Notes: generated from the sequence alone by a model not told the origin. A stretch of 64,000 nucleotides of DNA from Blasia pusilla (GCA_050084515.1 CM114271.1:33914001-33978000), one strand, 5' to 3'; positions 24,151-39,229 are shown, counted from the first letter of the stretch. Numbers and translations: made by a program.

Positions 24151-27100
24151 CTCTTGCATGATATATCATCGCCAATGCTTGTGCAATGCTACGCAGATCC
24201 ATTTCCAAAAATCAGTAGCGCCAAAGAAAAGCAAAGGACTACAAGAAGGGATGAATTGATCATTTCACTAGGAAATGGTTAGGATATGTATTAAGCAAAG
24301 TATCCAAGGGCAGATATGCTTGCAAAAGGGATAAATCTATCAGTGGCATGTATCATAGCAAAACTTAGCTCCTTGATTTTTTTTCCTTGCATTGGCCATA
24401 AAAACTTAGTAACTAAAATTCGACACACCAAGTAAGAATGTGGATCAAAATTCACTTACCGCATTACCCAATAAGTAAAATCCATCTCCAGATGTAATTA
24501 TGTTAACTCTTCAATGAGAGGGATTTTTGTGTAGTAGAAGGTATCATACCTAGTTGCTCTTGCCCAACAATGCCCCTTAAAGTACAAGCCACTTATTTTA
24601 TTATCTTTGATCACATAATAGGTTGTCATTTTTTCTCCACCATAAGCATGTTAGAGAATTTGGATATCCTTTTGTATTTATGGGCTCCCGGAATATACAC
24701 TTAGGCACACCTAGAAGGGAAAGTTGAAGAAATCCAAGATATAACAACAATGTTTTTGGTCAAAACTATACTTTTCAAAGGGTGAAACCTTTCAAAGGAT
24801 TTGTGAAACTCATATCGGCACTCTTGTACCTACACATGAATGTAAGTAAGCTCGATGGATATCAAATATTATAATATAATATAATATATAATTTCTTGCA
24901 AATGCAAGGGATAAGCTGTTGAAGTTGATCAAGTCCTTCTACAATCAATTGATTCAAAAGGGGTAGAATTTATTCTATAGCTAGTGGAAGAAGATCCCAT
25001 GAAGAACTCCATTGTTAATGGAACATAATATTTCCCTCCTACTAATAGATCACAAAGTTATAGTAGTCTAGTTTTGTTTCAAACTTGTATAAAAAAGTCC
25101 CTCTCTTTCAAAAAAATAGATAGATAATGAAAGAAGGATATAAAATAATTTAGAAAAATATTAACTAATTTTTGGTGGGGGATATTTTCCAAAAACTAGA
25201 CTAAAACATCCTTTACTTTTATCAAAAATTTTATATCCAAAGACTTTCCATGTTGAAATTTCTCCTACCTAACCAAACTTTACTTTTCTTCTTAAATGTG
25301 GAATTCAAAAAATGTAATCCCCTTTCAGCCATCATTTTGATTTGAATCTAATAAACTCATGATTGTGGATTTAGGAATAGAAATTTGGTTTGAAACAAAT
25401 GGGTCCATGTAGAAGATTCAAATTGAAATACATCTATTTAAAAAAATTTATTGTAGAGGTTGGATAGATATAAATATCCGGAGCAAGTTTTACTTATGCA
25501 AATGGTCATGGCATCGCCATGTGATGCAGAATAATTTTATTTATTTATTTTAAAATAATAAAATTTAAATGATACAAGGGATAGCAAAAAAATTCACAAA
25601 ATTTATAAGGAATAATATTATAATATCTTAATGAAAAACTTGAGACGACTTATGTTAGATTGTTAGAGGAGACAAAAGGCATTCAAAAAATGCTTACATT
25701 TTTTTACCCCTAACTCAAATACTATATGAACTCTTTAGATCTCCTTTAATGCTTAGAGATTTTCTCATGCTAGAAACATATGGATTGAAACTTATAATTC
25801 AATAGTCAGCCGCAAAGTTTTTGGTAGTCATCACATGTACATATTTTATTTATTTTCCTTTTTTCATATACTCATATTCTTACTCTTGGTCCTAATTTGC
25901 GCACATTCATTTCTATAGACTAGTTTGTATTTTTCCACAAGACACTTTTAGGATGTTGGAAATAAGGCAAATCAGGATATTGTCTAATGATAATTGCATC
26001 GAAAAGTATTTTTTCCCCCAAGCAAAGCTCTAAGCGAAAAGCATCTTCCTCAAAAGAGGGCTCCTCCATTTTTAATCCTAAAGAGAGGAACCACCTTTCG
26101 ACTTCGCAATTCCCCTCTTTGTTCCTTTACATTAGAGATTTTTTTCCCGTTCATTAGCCTCCCTTCACTTTCAAGCCATGTCCACCTCATTCTTATTCTT
26201 TTCCGTCTGCATATCTCTACTCTTCAACAAAGTGAAGACGGTTTTTCCTTATCATGTCTTCCCACCTCATTCTTTGGCCCTCCCCTTCTCACTTCCAATA
26301 TTTTCTATATTCGTCCCTTTACAAAGGATAGGGACGCAGAAGATGGAAGCAAGTAGACATATTCCCTCCCACTCTATACTCTCCCTGCTAATAGACATGG
26401 TTTCTAAAAAACGGAAAATTTCCATAGGACAGACGTATGTCTGCGGACACCGACTTTGTCTTTCTAGAGAGGGGTGGAGAGGATCCATCTCCATACTCAT
26501 TGAGAGGAATGAAGAAGATGCTTCAAAGAGAGTCTATCCATTCCTCCTCTCCAACCATCCCTTCCATCGTCTCTTATTCTCCTCCCCTATTCAAATTTTA
26601 TCTCGCCTTTCTACTCCCTTCTTCCTAGTGCTCTCCTATTGAGAATTATAATATTTTTAAAATATTCATGATGAAATTTCCTAGCTGGAATTTTCTTCCT
26701 ATCTCTCTTGCCCTCTCTATTGAGAATTAAACCTTATCTCTCTTCCCCTCTCCTATTGAAAATTAACTATCTTAAAAAATAAATGTAAGACTTAAAATAT
26801 TTGGAATTTATACTTCTCTCTTTGCACCTAAACTATTCAGAATTGAATACATTAAAAGAATTCATACGGAGTCCTTCCTTTGGCAAACTTTATCTCTTTC
26901 CCTCTTGTGATCTTAATGTAAATAATGAGTTTCCTCTCGTCACCACCTTGTCAACATGAAAATAAACCCCCTCTCTTTTTCCTTTTTGGGGAGGGAAAAT
27001 CGGTACTTTTTTAACCCTAGGGGCTGGATAAATCACCGCCCAAAGAAAGTGGGATGGGAAACAACTCTTTGTTTGATCTTAAATAGAGAATTACATTGGA

Positions 27101-29189
27101 AAGAAAAAACACGTAGGAAATATCAAAGGCCATGTTTCTTCCCATTGGAGAATGACAAAAAAAATTTCTTGGCCAAGTCAAAGAAAAATCATACACGCTT
27201 GGATTCATTTAATTTTTAATCTCATTCATGTGGATTAAAAGAAAAGAAATGTTTTGTTTTTCTGTTTTCTTTTTTCTTTAAAAAATTGTGAAACGTTTGA
27301 CTCTTAATAAACCTGACCTAGCAAAACGTCTATACCAACCCCAATGGTAGGGGAAAAAACGGCTTCGAATTTTGAAAATGTCAACAACAACACGAGGAAT
27401 TATTGGTGATGGAGAAAAAAGTGCACACCAATTGCATTCGTATGTCCCTAGAGCCCAGCAAAAAGTCACGCTCCCCATTAAATTAATTAATTATTTACAA
27501 CTGATAAGTCAAATACCTCAACTACTCTACCTTCTCATGTGAAGCACATAGAATGTTTGGACGCGAGATTACAATATATGGAGAAAAGAAAAGAAAACAG
27601 AAAACATTTTCAAGGAAATAATTACAAATAAAATAAAAACTAGTGGAGGCATTGTCAAAAAACAATGCTTCCAATGATTTGGAATTTTTTTCCTTTGCCA
27701 TCTCTCCCAGATTCCAAATCTTTAAGAAAGGGAGTGGAAGGTTCTCACACGTTGCAAAAGGAATGTCATTGAATTCTTTATTCATGAGCTCTCTCGTTTC
27801 TTGTGCCTTTGGAAAAGACGACCAAGTCACGAAAATTCCTTCCATTCGTCGTTGATGGAAGGAATATAAAAGCCCTCGTGTCTTGTCTTGTGGTTGTGGG
27901 GTCACATTTCGTTCTTCATTTGGAGATTATTAATTGCCTTTGAAACCCCCACCCTTCATCTCATATCTCACCTTTTGGTGGGGAGAGAATAAATAAACTA
28001 ACACTTTCTTCTTCTTTTGTGTCATATTATTTCATGTTAGATGGGGTATGAGGCGTTTGGTTTTTCTAGTCCTTTTCTTTCCACTACCTATTTCTATGTT
28101 AGATTGTTGCTCTTAGGTGAGACGAACTTATCGCTTGTCATCAAATCAAAAGAGGGCTTTCATAATGGAAGTTCATTCTATTCTCCATTAATTAATAGAG
28201 ATCCGTGCATTCGATAATAAAATAAAACACGCCCAGGAGATTCTTGTACTTCAGAGATGTTTTCTATTGTTTTGTGAGAGGTCAACACTCAAATCATTCA
28301 TTGAAAAATTTATTCCCATTTCTTTTTGGGAGTGGGTTTCCTAAATTTTCCTCTTACTGTGGCACCCAATTATGGTCCTTCCGTAGAATTACATCTAGGT
28401 TTATTTGTTTTTTTTGTATTTTATGGATTTTATATTTGGAGATAATTTTAAATGATTGAATTTTTTTGGGAAATTTTAAGAAAATCAATCTCCCCATTAA
28501 AAAATTCCTATGAGTCAAACTCACCCACGAATCTTCAAGATTTATTGCTTTATCTCACAAAGAATGTCTATATGCCTTTGGTTAAATATGCATCTTTCTT
28601 AAATGCTTATCGAGGCCCAATAAGTTTTTTTTTTTAATTTGAGGCATTGAAGAATCTGAATATTTGGAGTTGAAATTTAAATATTTATATGTTTCTTGGT
28701 GAAAGGAAAAAATATATCAGTTTTCCATATTTTAAATTCCTAATGCTTCTAATCTACTTTTGAAGTCTACAAAGTGTATCGCCTTAACTCACGAAGAATG
28801 TTCAAATCGTTCTAATGTGTATCTTTCTTAGATCTTGTTGTTATCATTTAGCATAACATAATAAGATTTCCCAATGGATTTTGGATTCACCTCCGAAAAC
28901 TGCATCGTACTAGTTTGAATCACATGTTTAATACATGAAGAGAAAAGAGTCTTGCCATGTGGAAAGTACTTGTTAGGGGCCCTTCCCCATATGCTCCACA
29001 TAAAATCTTTGGTCACGTAGAAAATCTACTTGGGAAATACCTACAAAATATCTGGCAACTAAAAATTGAGAGTTTTTTTAGCTTGGAAATTTGTTTTTAT
29101 ATGATGATTGAAAAAAGGACACGCAAAACTTAGAATAATGGACATCTCCTATTAGATAATGATAATAATAGTAGTAAACATTGGAACTC

Positions 29190-30000
29190 ATGTACAAGAT
29201 ATTGAGAAATATTTTTGAAAAATTAGGTCAATCAAATCATTCCTTACCCTAGCATATGAACCAAACCATCCCAATGAACGAGGCCACCCTAATAACATAT
29301 CAAAAGGTCTTTCATCTTGTAATTTTGGAAATGTACATTTCATGTTGGATTGCATGGGTAGATGGCATTCCATCGAGTTGTCCAACTATAAGATTTTCCC
29401 GTCCAAGGTGGTAGATTCCTAAAATCTTCTACAAAAGGAGTTCCATGATAGTAATTTTTTATTCATGAATCCATAAGTCATTTCTTTTTTTTCAAAGCCC
29501 TCTAATTGTGCTAAAAATATGGAGAAGTACAAAAAGAAATTTGGATAGATCAAAATTTTCACATAAGTTTTTAAAGATTATATATATATAATATTTTAAA
29601 ATATTCGAATTGGTATCCTCCCAATCATCCATCTAGAGGTTCCCTTATGTACTTTTAATGCAACAAATGTCTTTCCACATAAACGATGGGGGATTTTCGA
29701 AGGTCTCTTGTAAAATTGATGGGAATTCCATAAATATTTTTCTTCTAATCCTAATGGGCTATCACTTATCCTTTCATTTAACCAATGAGAGGATTTGAAG
29801 CCTCCTACATATTATGTGGAAAAAAACCTAGAGGACATGTTTTTACGGATCCAACTTACTTTCCAATATGTTCCATAACGTGTGAGGGGTTGGCCACATA
29901 TGCATTTTGTGTCCAATCCTTCCTAAGTGCACCAAAGGTCTTAATGTACCATGTCCATAAAGTATATCCGAAGACACATTAAAGAGTTTTTAGTAGGCAT
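29190..30000 (-). pseudogene. Very decayed LTR-retrotransposon gag/protease remnant
   Basis: DNSMEC...PFDMLLGWPR resembles the retroviral protease C-terminal LLGRPW motif; possible decayed zinc knuckle near 29860-29910. Confidence 0.35.
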
Positions 30001-31699
30001 TTTAGATTTTTCTGCCACATTGAGTTCGTGACATTTTAAACATTGTCTTACTTTTTCTTCCTCTACTAAAACACTAAATGTTCGATGGTTTTGAGGTATA
30101 ATCTTGTCTTCTACGGAATTTAAGTTACATACTTGTTTTACACTGTGGCGGATAGAGTACAACCATGGGAGGTAAATTCATATGAGAAGCACATTGCAAA
30201 TTTGAGATTATACTCTCTCACAGTCTTTCTTAAGGCTTGTCCCAACCTTGTGTATTTAAATCATTAAAAGGGTAACAAGATGACTAAGCTAGTAGCTATG
30301 GTCATGGAAGTGCAAAATGTGTCTAGAAGAAACCTATTGTGCAATTTGACTATCTTTGTTTTTTTGACCCCTTGAGATAAAAAGAAAAATGCCTTCATAT
30401 TTTTTTTTCCATCGGTGAACATATATAGATTATGATCATCACAATACCTATTTACTCGTCTAAGCCAAGCTTCTATTTCTATAATTATCTTCTATTCATC
30501 CTCTAAATTAAATAAGTTTATTCATGCGGCACAAAATGAAGTAGAAAAAAAAAAGACATGAAATTCCTAATCTTTATTACACTCTCATTTCCCATAAGTT
30601 TTCCCAATCTCCCTGCCATAAATTTATATTTGCATCTCATGGTCCTCTTGCCGCTCTTTAAGCTAAGTTTCGTGAATAGTCTTATGGGGTCTCGCCTATC
30701 TTGACTATTCACATGTTCATTGAGTCTTGCCCTTGACTTGGTGCTTGCCTTTAAGGTTTGAAATTAAAATTTTCTTTCCTTGACTTTGTCCCCGCAAGTA
30801 GCTACGTCCTTTTCTCACCCAAGGCTAGTCACAAGACATATGTGTGTCTCACTTAGCGTTGGTCCGATTCCTGGTTCCGCCACTCTTCATAGTCTTGGGA
30901 CTACGTAGTGTATGTTTCAGATTTTGTGGATCACATCAAGGTCTTTCCTCCTTAGACTCATGAATCGCTTCTTGAGTCCCTCCTAGCTTGGGTGCCATAG
31001 CTTTAGCTACTCATGACGGAGTATTTTGGGTTTGAGAGTAACTCTAAGAGTATTTTCTACCTCATAAAAATCCGGAGCCGTATGTCAATCGTAATATATT
31101 CCGCTTGATTCAAGAGTGTGGACCCACAAGAATAGGCCCCCACAACGAGAGTGGATTACCCCTATTGGAAGGATGATACATTGTTGAGAGTTAGATAGGT
31201 TGTTAGAGGCAGGCAATGGCTATTGAGCTGCAAGTAGAGTAAGGGGGAAGGATTATTTTGCAGTCAATGGATGGAGGGGGCACGAGAGTGGCTCCTAATT
31301 TTCTGTTTCTTAATCCGTTCATAAACAAACTCTTATATGTAGATAGACCTGGTTCATGAGATACCTCATATATCACTTTGGTGAAGTTTTCATGATGCAA
31401 GTCATGGGGTCTCACTTCCTGGTGATCTTCCCTATTGTTACATATCATTATGTGTGAGATTGCACTATTTATATGTTATTTCATATGAGATATCGAGAAT
31501 GGATTTGAATAGGCCCCCACAAGTATTTTTTAGCACTCAATGTATAATCCATGTGGTTTGTCAACCTAAGGTAGCATATAAAGAGTTTATGGTGAGGAAG
31601 TTTGGCCAAGAGTATTATGATGAAGTCATTGCATCACCACTATCTTTTGTAGCCCCTATTGTACGAAATTGGCAGGTGTATATCTTGATCTTATATTAA

Positions 31700-34600
31700 A
31701 GTGGTAGTAAAGGGTCAGAGAAAAGTCAGAGTGATCATGGAAGAAACTGTGAGGGATATGATTCGGGAATTGAGAGAGTTGAGAGTTGCATTTGATCAAA
31801 GTCAAAACCAAGTCCAAGAATAAGGGCTCGAGCATTGGAGGACCAAGCAGTATACAGAGTGATGGAGATGAATGCCCAAGCATCATTGATATTGAAAATG
31901 AAAAAGCATGCAAGGTAGAATTGTACAAAAGAAGTTGAGCTATGGGGATATTAGAGGGTTGGATCACTCGGATGGAAATCCATTTATCTCTTTTCAACAT
32001 TGATGATATTATTGCAAGGATGTTTGTAAGATATTGGTTAACCGATCGAGCATTGACATGGTATCAAGGATGGAAGAGATCCTTGATTGAAACAAGTCAA
32101 AAAATCACATGGAGTATTATAAAGCAAGTGTTGCTCTAGAATTTCCAACTTGTGGATCCAATCCTCATTGCTAGAATGAAACTATGGCCACTAGAGCATA
32201 AAAGTAGTGTGGAAGACTACATTAAAGAGTTTTATGACTTATAGATACAAATCCGCGACATGAGTGGAGAAGAAGCTCTCGATATGTTCAAGAAAGATTT
32301 GAAGAGGAAAGTGTGTCAAAAGGTGATTCGAAACAACCCGAAAGATATCAATGAAGAAATCGCATGTGCCCAATCTATGGTGAATGTGTACGAAGGAGGA
32401 GGAGAGATGGTTGATTCCATGAATAACCACTACGGATCCATACCCATGGAGTTGGATAATCTTCGAGCACAAGATTTTATGTGTCACGAAGATATAATGG
32501 AAGGGCGCCAATGGAGACAGATTGGAACCCCAACAAACAAGGGATTGCTCCTTGGACCGACGGGGTTGGGATTCCTAGAGGAGAAAGAGAGTTTGAAGTC
32601 CGAAGAGATACACGCCAATTTTTTGAGTGTGGTAGATATGGTCATATAGCCATGAATTTTCTCCTTTGTAGGCTCAGAAATAGGCCATATCATTGCCCTC
32701 TTAATCATTTTTAAGGAGGACACATGCAAGAAGATGACGGAGAAGGTGGACCTCACGGAAACGCCAACCACCAGTAATCTCGCATCGCGGATCTACAAGT
32801 CCTAGCAAAAGGAGAAAAGGCGAGGGTCAATACAAATATGTGGAGGTAAATGGTTTGAAGAGAGGAGAAATACGTCTTATTGTTATAGATGGGAAAGTAG
32901 AAGGATCACAAGTTAGAGTGTTGATTTATCCGGGTGCAACAAAAAACTTCCTTTCAAGAGCCATAGCTATGAAGTTGGGCTTAGAGAGGGATAAAAAAAG
33001 AAGAAGGTAGAATTTCCAAACGGACAAATAGAAAAGATTGAGAAGCTTCCTCGAAGGGTAGAAGTGAGGATAGGAAAGTTTTATGAAGAGTTGGAGATAA
33101 AGGCCATTAGATTAGCATGTTATGATGTTATATAGGGGATGCCTTGGATGGAACAATACAATCCAGAGGTAGATTGGAGAAAAAAGATTGTGAAGACGTG
33201 AGAGTGGAAGCTTTATGGAGATAGAGTTTGATCACATTCTAGAACCCTACCCCTATATGTACTAACAAAAATCGCCATCAAACATCAAGATGTATGTTTC
33301 CTAGATTTAATAAGAGATCTTGGTGGTTTGAACAAATATTCAAAGGTACTATAAAATTTGAGAGAAGTATTGGAGGAATATAAAGATATATTTCCAAACA
33401 TAGGGTAAACCACAAGGTTGAGGTCCTTTCGGAAAACACACCACCATATAAGGCTCCTTACCGCTTAGCTTCAAGCGAATTAGAAAAATGCAAAGCCCAA
33501 GTGAAGGAGATGTTGTAGAAAGGCTTTATCCAACCAAGGGTCTTGCCATATGAAGCCCCTCTTTTTAATGGGAAAAAGAAGGATGGAAGCCTGCAACTGT
33601 GTATCCACTATCGAGCACTTAATCAATAAATAGTAAAAAAAATATCCATTACCAAGAATGGATGATTTATTTGACTAGCTATAAACAGCAAAATACTTCA
33701 CAAAACTTGATCTTAGAAGCAGCTATAACCAAATTCAAATTTCGGATGAAGATGTATCCAAGATTTGTTTTTGTACTAGGTATGGACACTCTGAATACTT
33801 AGTCATGCCATTTGGTCTTACTAATACACCTGCAACGTACCTTTATGGGCCTAATGAATGATATCTTTCGTCCATATTTAGATAAGTCTGTCATCATATT
33901 CTTAGATGATATCTTGGTCTATTGTAAAACCATAGAGGAGCATATAAATCATCTACAAGAAGTCTTCTAAATCCTAGGAGATAATGAGTTGTATGTTAAA
34001 GCTTCAAAGTAAAAGTTTGGTAAGACAGAAGTTGATTATCTAAGGCATCAAGGAAGCGCAAAAGGTATTCAAGTGATGAGTGAGAAGGTAAAAGCAATAA
34101 AAAATTAGAGTCCACCTGAGGATCAAACTCAATTGAAGAGTTTTCTAGGATTAATAGGATTTTATCGAAGATTTGTCAAAGGTTTTGCTCAAATTGCACA
34201 ATCCTTGACAGATTTACTAGAGGAAGGATAGAAATGGAATTGGGGCACATCACAAGAGATTGCTTTTCAATCATTAAAGGATGCCTTGATCAAAGCCATT
34301 ATTTTGAAGTGATATGATTCTAATCAACCCATCAATTTGGACACAGATGCTTCAGGTACTACCATTGGAGAAGTATTATAACAAGAATGGGAGGATGGAT
34401 GATATCTTATTGCCTTCTTTTCATGCAAGCTATTTCCAATGGAGCAAAACTACCATACAATTGAAGGAGAAAAACTTGCTATTGTATTGGCAATCAAACA
34501 TTGGAAACATTAGTTGGGCGAAAAAGAGTTTGTGGTGGAGATTTATCACAAGCCCTTGATCTACTTAGAGTCCCGAAAGGAGCTCTCCAAATGCCAAATT

Positions 34601-36099
34601 CTATAAGCAGAATGGTGATAATAATTCACCATGAAAATTATCTTTGTGGAAGGAAAGAAGCAGTTGGAGAACGCCTTGACTCATATGCTACATATGAATA
34701 ATATGTGTGAAGTGGAGATTCATTCTGGTTGGTGGAAAAACTTGACCAAAGACATAAAAGAGGATGAAGAAATTGCAATTGCTATTCAGACCAATAAAAC
34801 ATCCAAGGCTCAAACATTGGTTTTCCATAAAGGTAAAGTATAGATCCCACAAGATCCACAATTACACACTCAAGTATTATCTGAAGCTCACGACACAGTC
34901 ATTGCAGGTCATATAAGAGTTGAAAAAACCTTAGAGAGATTACAACGGACATACTATTGGCCCAAAATGAGAGAAGATGTTAACGTATATGTAAGGAGTT
35001 ATATGATTTATCAATAAATCAAGGCTAGTAACGCAAAATGAGGAGGATTGTAATAGCCCATTCCAACACCTAAAAATATTGGAACAAGTCACCATCGATC
35101 TTGTTTGTGAGCTACCATGTACGATCACAAGATATGACTCTATTGTAGTCTTTGTGGATAGACTAAGCAATATGACACACCTTCGTCCGACCAAGAAGAC
35201 TTTCACTACACCAGAGTTGGGTAGAATCTACATCGAGAGAGTCTTTGTCCATTATGGTCTTCCTAAAGTGCTTATCATTGATAGGGGAACCCATTTCACA
35301 AGATTATTTTGGAAGACTTTATTGAGATTGCTCCAAACTAAAATAGTTGTAGCTACAACTTATCACCCTCAAATTGATGGACAAATTGCAAGGCCAACCA
35401 TACCATTGAGGATATGCTACGCGCCTTAACATTGGAAGATCAACAAGGATGAGACTCATTGTTACATTTAATAGAGTTCTCATAGAATAACTCCGTGAAC
35501 TCTTCCACTAAGGCAACATCGCTATTTTTAATGCATGGCGAGCATCCCTTAATTCCTTCTAGTCTCACTCGAATAGGGAAAAATTTGAGGGAATCTACAA
35601 AGGTAGTAGCAGCAATTAATGAGTTGTGGACCACATTCAAAAAGATATTCAACTTGCTATGGAGAAGTTGGCTATTTTCCAAAATAAAAAAAATAACATG
35701 CAGATGCTCATCGTCGAGATATCGAGTTTTTTGAAGGGGACAAGGTTTGCTTAGCCACAACCAATTTATCATTAGTAGAAGTTATAATCTTAATCCATCA
35801 TGTGTTTCATATCTCTCTTTGACCATTTATTTCACGCCCTAAGAGGTCTTAGGATAATATTCCCCCTCCACCCTACCTCAAATAGTAGGAGATCATGAAG
35901 AATTTGAAGTGGAACGTATCTTGAAGAAACGCAGTATAGAAGCTCATCACCATTGAGTTAAATACTTGGTCCAATGGAAAGGATATCCATAATTTGAGGT
36001 CATATGGGAACCCTCAGTGAACTTGGCCAAAGAACCATTAATAGTGCAAGAGTTTGGAAGTTCTCACAACAATGACCTTATGTCTTAAATGGGGGGAGG
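31700..36099 (+). mobile_element. Decayed Ty3/Gypsy chromovirus internal region (gag-PR-RT-RH-INT-chromodomain)
   Basis: Gag LEGWITRME...LTDRALTWY...SVEDYIKEF, IPMELD, zinc knuckle FFECGRYGHIAMN; protease [22 protein letters not shown] and FLDDILVY; RNase H TDASG; integrase HDTVIAGH...YYWPKM and WEQVTIDLV; chromodomain EFEVERIL...YLVQWKGY...WEP. PBS-like tggtagtaaag at 31702; PPT aaatggggggagg at 36087-36099. Confidence 0.93.
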
Positions 36100-36115
36100 T
36101 TTATAACCATCCTTT

Positions 36116-37124
36116 TGTTGTGCGCCTATTCTCCTCAAACGTCAATCTCTGTGTTACGGAAGCATACGTTCAATAGGACAAACTCTCATCGCCAACCTTC
36201 ACCCAACCGCGCTCACATTAGTGTGGCTTTGGGTCAGACGGCCTTCCAACCCACTATGTCCTCACCTGGGTACATCATTAAGCTCAACCTTCCCTCACTC
36301 CTAGGTTCCCAACACGTGCAAGTCTTCTGAGACTTGGGACAGACTTTGTGATTAGTCGAGCATCTACAACGCCGTTTGCACACCTAGCAGTCCCAATTGT
36401 CCAACGGACTTCGCACAAGTCCCCAACTGAGACTCAAAAATATGAGTTGCGAGTTGGAATCCAATATGGACCTCCGAAATCCACTCTATTGGATTTGGTT
36501 TGGGTTTCGAATCCCAACGCCAAACTCCCGATCCATTCCGTGCCCTTGAGTCGCCCAACGACGCCCAAAGTGGGGTTCGAGTCCCAAGCACCCTTGGAGA
36601 CCTTCTCCCTTACTAGTGCTTATGGGGATCTTCAGGGTGCCCCTACCTTTGGGAAGGAGCACTCATGCCCCTCTTTCTGGTCCTCAAATGGACTCTCTTT
36701 ACATCCCCTCTTTTTGGCCCATATCTCACCTTTTACTTTAATGTTATCCAAAGCTCTTTAGTGCATTGGAAGTGGCTTTGTGTAAGCTTTCCAAAGCTAC
36801 CTTAATTGTTCCAAACACATCTCAAAACTAAAATTTATGCTTAAAAGTATAGCCGGAAACTCCAAACGCTAGCCGCGTCCCCACTCCGGCTCTTACCCCT
36901 TGGCCACTTCTCCTTCCGAGACTCGATTCCGCTTAAGTATGAGTTCCGCGTTTGGTTTCGATTTCCTAGTTGCGACCATGAACACATGAAGTACTTGAAA
37001 CACTCGTCTTGCTTGCGTCTTGCACTTGTGTTTCTCTAACTCCAAAGCGCAAATCATCCTAGCGTGAGCTCGCTAGAGTTCGGATGTTCCGCTTGGCGCT
37101 CGTTTGGTTATGAGGGTCGCGACA
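36116..37124 (-). mobile_element. Solo LTR family B inserted at the start of the 3' LTR of the preceding chromovirus
   Basis: TG...CA termini; perfect TSD CCTTT (36111-36115 and 37125-37129); inverted homolog of 2976-3999. Confidence 0.93.
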
Positions 37125-37539
37125 CCTTTGTTAGTCATAGTTAAGTTAGAATCTATGACTTGTAGTGCATAAGTAGGAAAGAATCAACCAAAAAGAGAAA
37201 AGAAAAGATCTATAAGATAAAGATGAGAGTGGGGCCATAGGTTGGTGAAAAGAAAGATAATTAAGGATGATATTGGGAAAGATGAGGTAGGGAAATTAGA
37301 GTCCAAAGAAGATCCTCTCATGCTATGAGAATAGGACACATGGCATAAGGATAGATAGAGCTAATTTTTCTTCATTACACCTATCTCTACTTAACTGTGG
37401 CGCTAAAGACTACGATGTCATCAAAATAATATCTAGAAAAATACAAACCTCCCAAGATCCTATTCATGATCCTCTAAAACTTTGTTAAGGTGTTCTTTAA
37501 CCCAAACGGTAAGAATTGCCACTAATACAAGCAATCCTT

Positions 37540-37960
37540 CATGTGAGGATCGATGCCCCAAAATTTTATCTTTGGCTTGTCCACGAATCTAATAGGTAGT
37601 TGATGATATCTGACTCGGAGACCTAAAGATAAGATGGTATCCAACTCGAAGATCTAAAGAAATGAAGACCTTTCCATGCCCAATAGCATCAAAGATCTCC
37701 TTAGGATTGGGCATAACATACCTACTGGACTTGGTCTATCGATTGATAGACTTGTAGTCTCCACACATCCGCCTATCCGTCGTCTTGCCATGCACATCCT
37801 TCTTGGTGAGCATGACAATGGCATAAGCATCCTCTCCATGCAACATCTCCAATAGTCTTGCTGCAACCAAGTCTTGGCCTCGGTCTTGACTCTTGCTCTT
37901 AATAAAGGCCCTCTCCATATCATTATACTAGTAGGATCATCAGAAGATTGGCATGTCATT
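37540..37960 (-). pseudogene. Ty3/Gypsy reverse transcriptase fragment (another element)
   Basis: VMLTKKD..RMCGDYKSINR, YAMPNPKEIFDAIG and LRSQISST/GYHQ-like region across frameshifts. Confidence 0.75.
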
Positions 37961-38944
37961 AGAGAACTCAATGCACATTCCTCAATACTTTTAGCTTACC
38001 CAAATCATGCATATTGAATGCAAAACATCTCCTGTGACTTCTAAGGAATTTATATGTTGGGGGTCAATCTAGACCATTGCAACACCAATCAACACCACTT
38101 GGCAATAGTGATGTACTTCCTACTCCCGCCCCTCCCACTGAGACTTTTATCCTTGTTGATGAATGCACTACTTCTCTTATCCCTGAGCGTACTGTCCCGA
38201 TTTAGACCATATTCTCTTAATGCCACCCTACTTACTTGCCAAGTTTCCTCTACATGTCCTTCTCTTCGAAATTCCCTTCCTCAAATGCCTCTTCAAAACC
38301 TGAACTTTCACATCTTGAGGTTCTTCTCCCTACATCTAAAACTTCATCTTTATTTGAAGTTGGTCATGTTTAGGTTGCTACTTTGACTCATGCCAAGTCC
38401 TCAAATGTTTTTGCCTCAACAACATCCACAACCACTCAATGTGATAAGATTGAGCCCTCTATAGTCGTGATAGATGTAGGATCCACTCACCTTGTGCCTT
38501 TGCCTACCAACAATATGAGCAAAAAATATATATTATTGATGGCTGGAGTTCTTGAGGACAAGGAGAAATATTGAATGAATTTCAAGCTAAATTGAAAGTA
38601 AAATGGAAGGCTTTGTATATTGAAGACAAAAAGGAGAAAAATCAAATGAATCTTCAATTCTATCACTTTGTATTCTTGTTGGTTTGAGATCTAACTAATG
38701 AAATGCTTATTAGTCTTCTACTTCTTTATGTTCTCTTTAGTACACATGAAATTTGATGAAAGATTTGTGTGACTTTGCCTTATAGAACTCTATGGATCTT
38801 TTGATTTTAAAATACTCATCCAACATTTCGTCGAATGGATGGAACTTCAAGAAGTTAAGAAGCTCTCAAAGTTGGTAGATATGTGGATGGTTTATTTTTG
38901 GTGAAATATCCAATCGTTTTCATTCTTGTTTTTTTCTTGTACAG

Positions 38945-39229
38945 TTGATGGTAGGCAACAAAGTCTTCTTATGTGGTCAACGAAAAGGATGGTTTCATGT
39001 GGGATTAGGCAAGGTATCAAGGACTTTTGGTCGAGATAAATTCTACGGTAAGGTGGTCTCTTTAAGGCTTCTCAAGGTGGATATTTTGATCGTGAATGAT
39101 GAAGAGACATATTTACCATATCCAAACCTTCAAGATGATCCACCACAAACAAAATTGAAATATGCTCTAAATACTTTTGTTCTCTGGCTTGAGAAAAGTG
39201 TGAAGAAAATTCTTCCTACTTTACTTTAA
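38945..39229 (+). pseudogene. Fragment resembling the C-terminal domain of CACTA (En/Spm) TnpA-like proteins
   Basis: VGLGKV...FYGKVV...KVDILIV..EETYLPYP...TKLKYALNTFVLW fits the recalled pattern VA.G....HG......V.V..V....LP.P...TL..A....V.W; preceded by a tacag acceptor. Confidence 0.55.

Noticed and set aside
24400-25030. Possible hAT transposase remnant (LWWRK on minus)
   Set aside because: No supporting flanking motifs.
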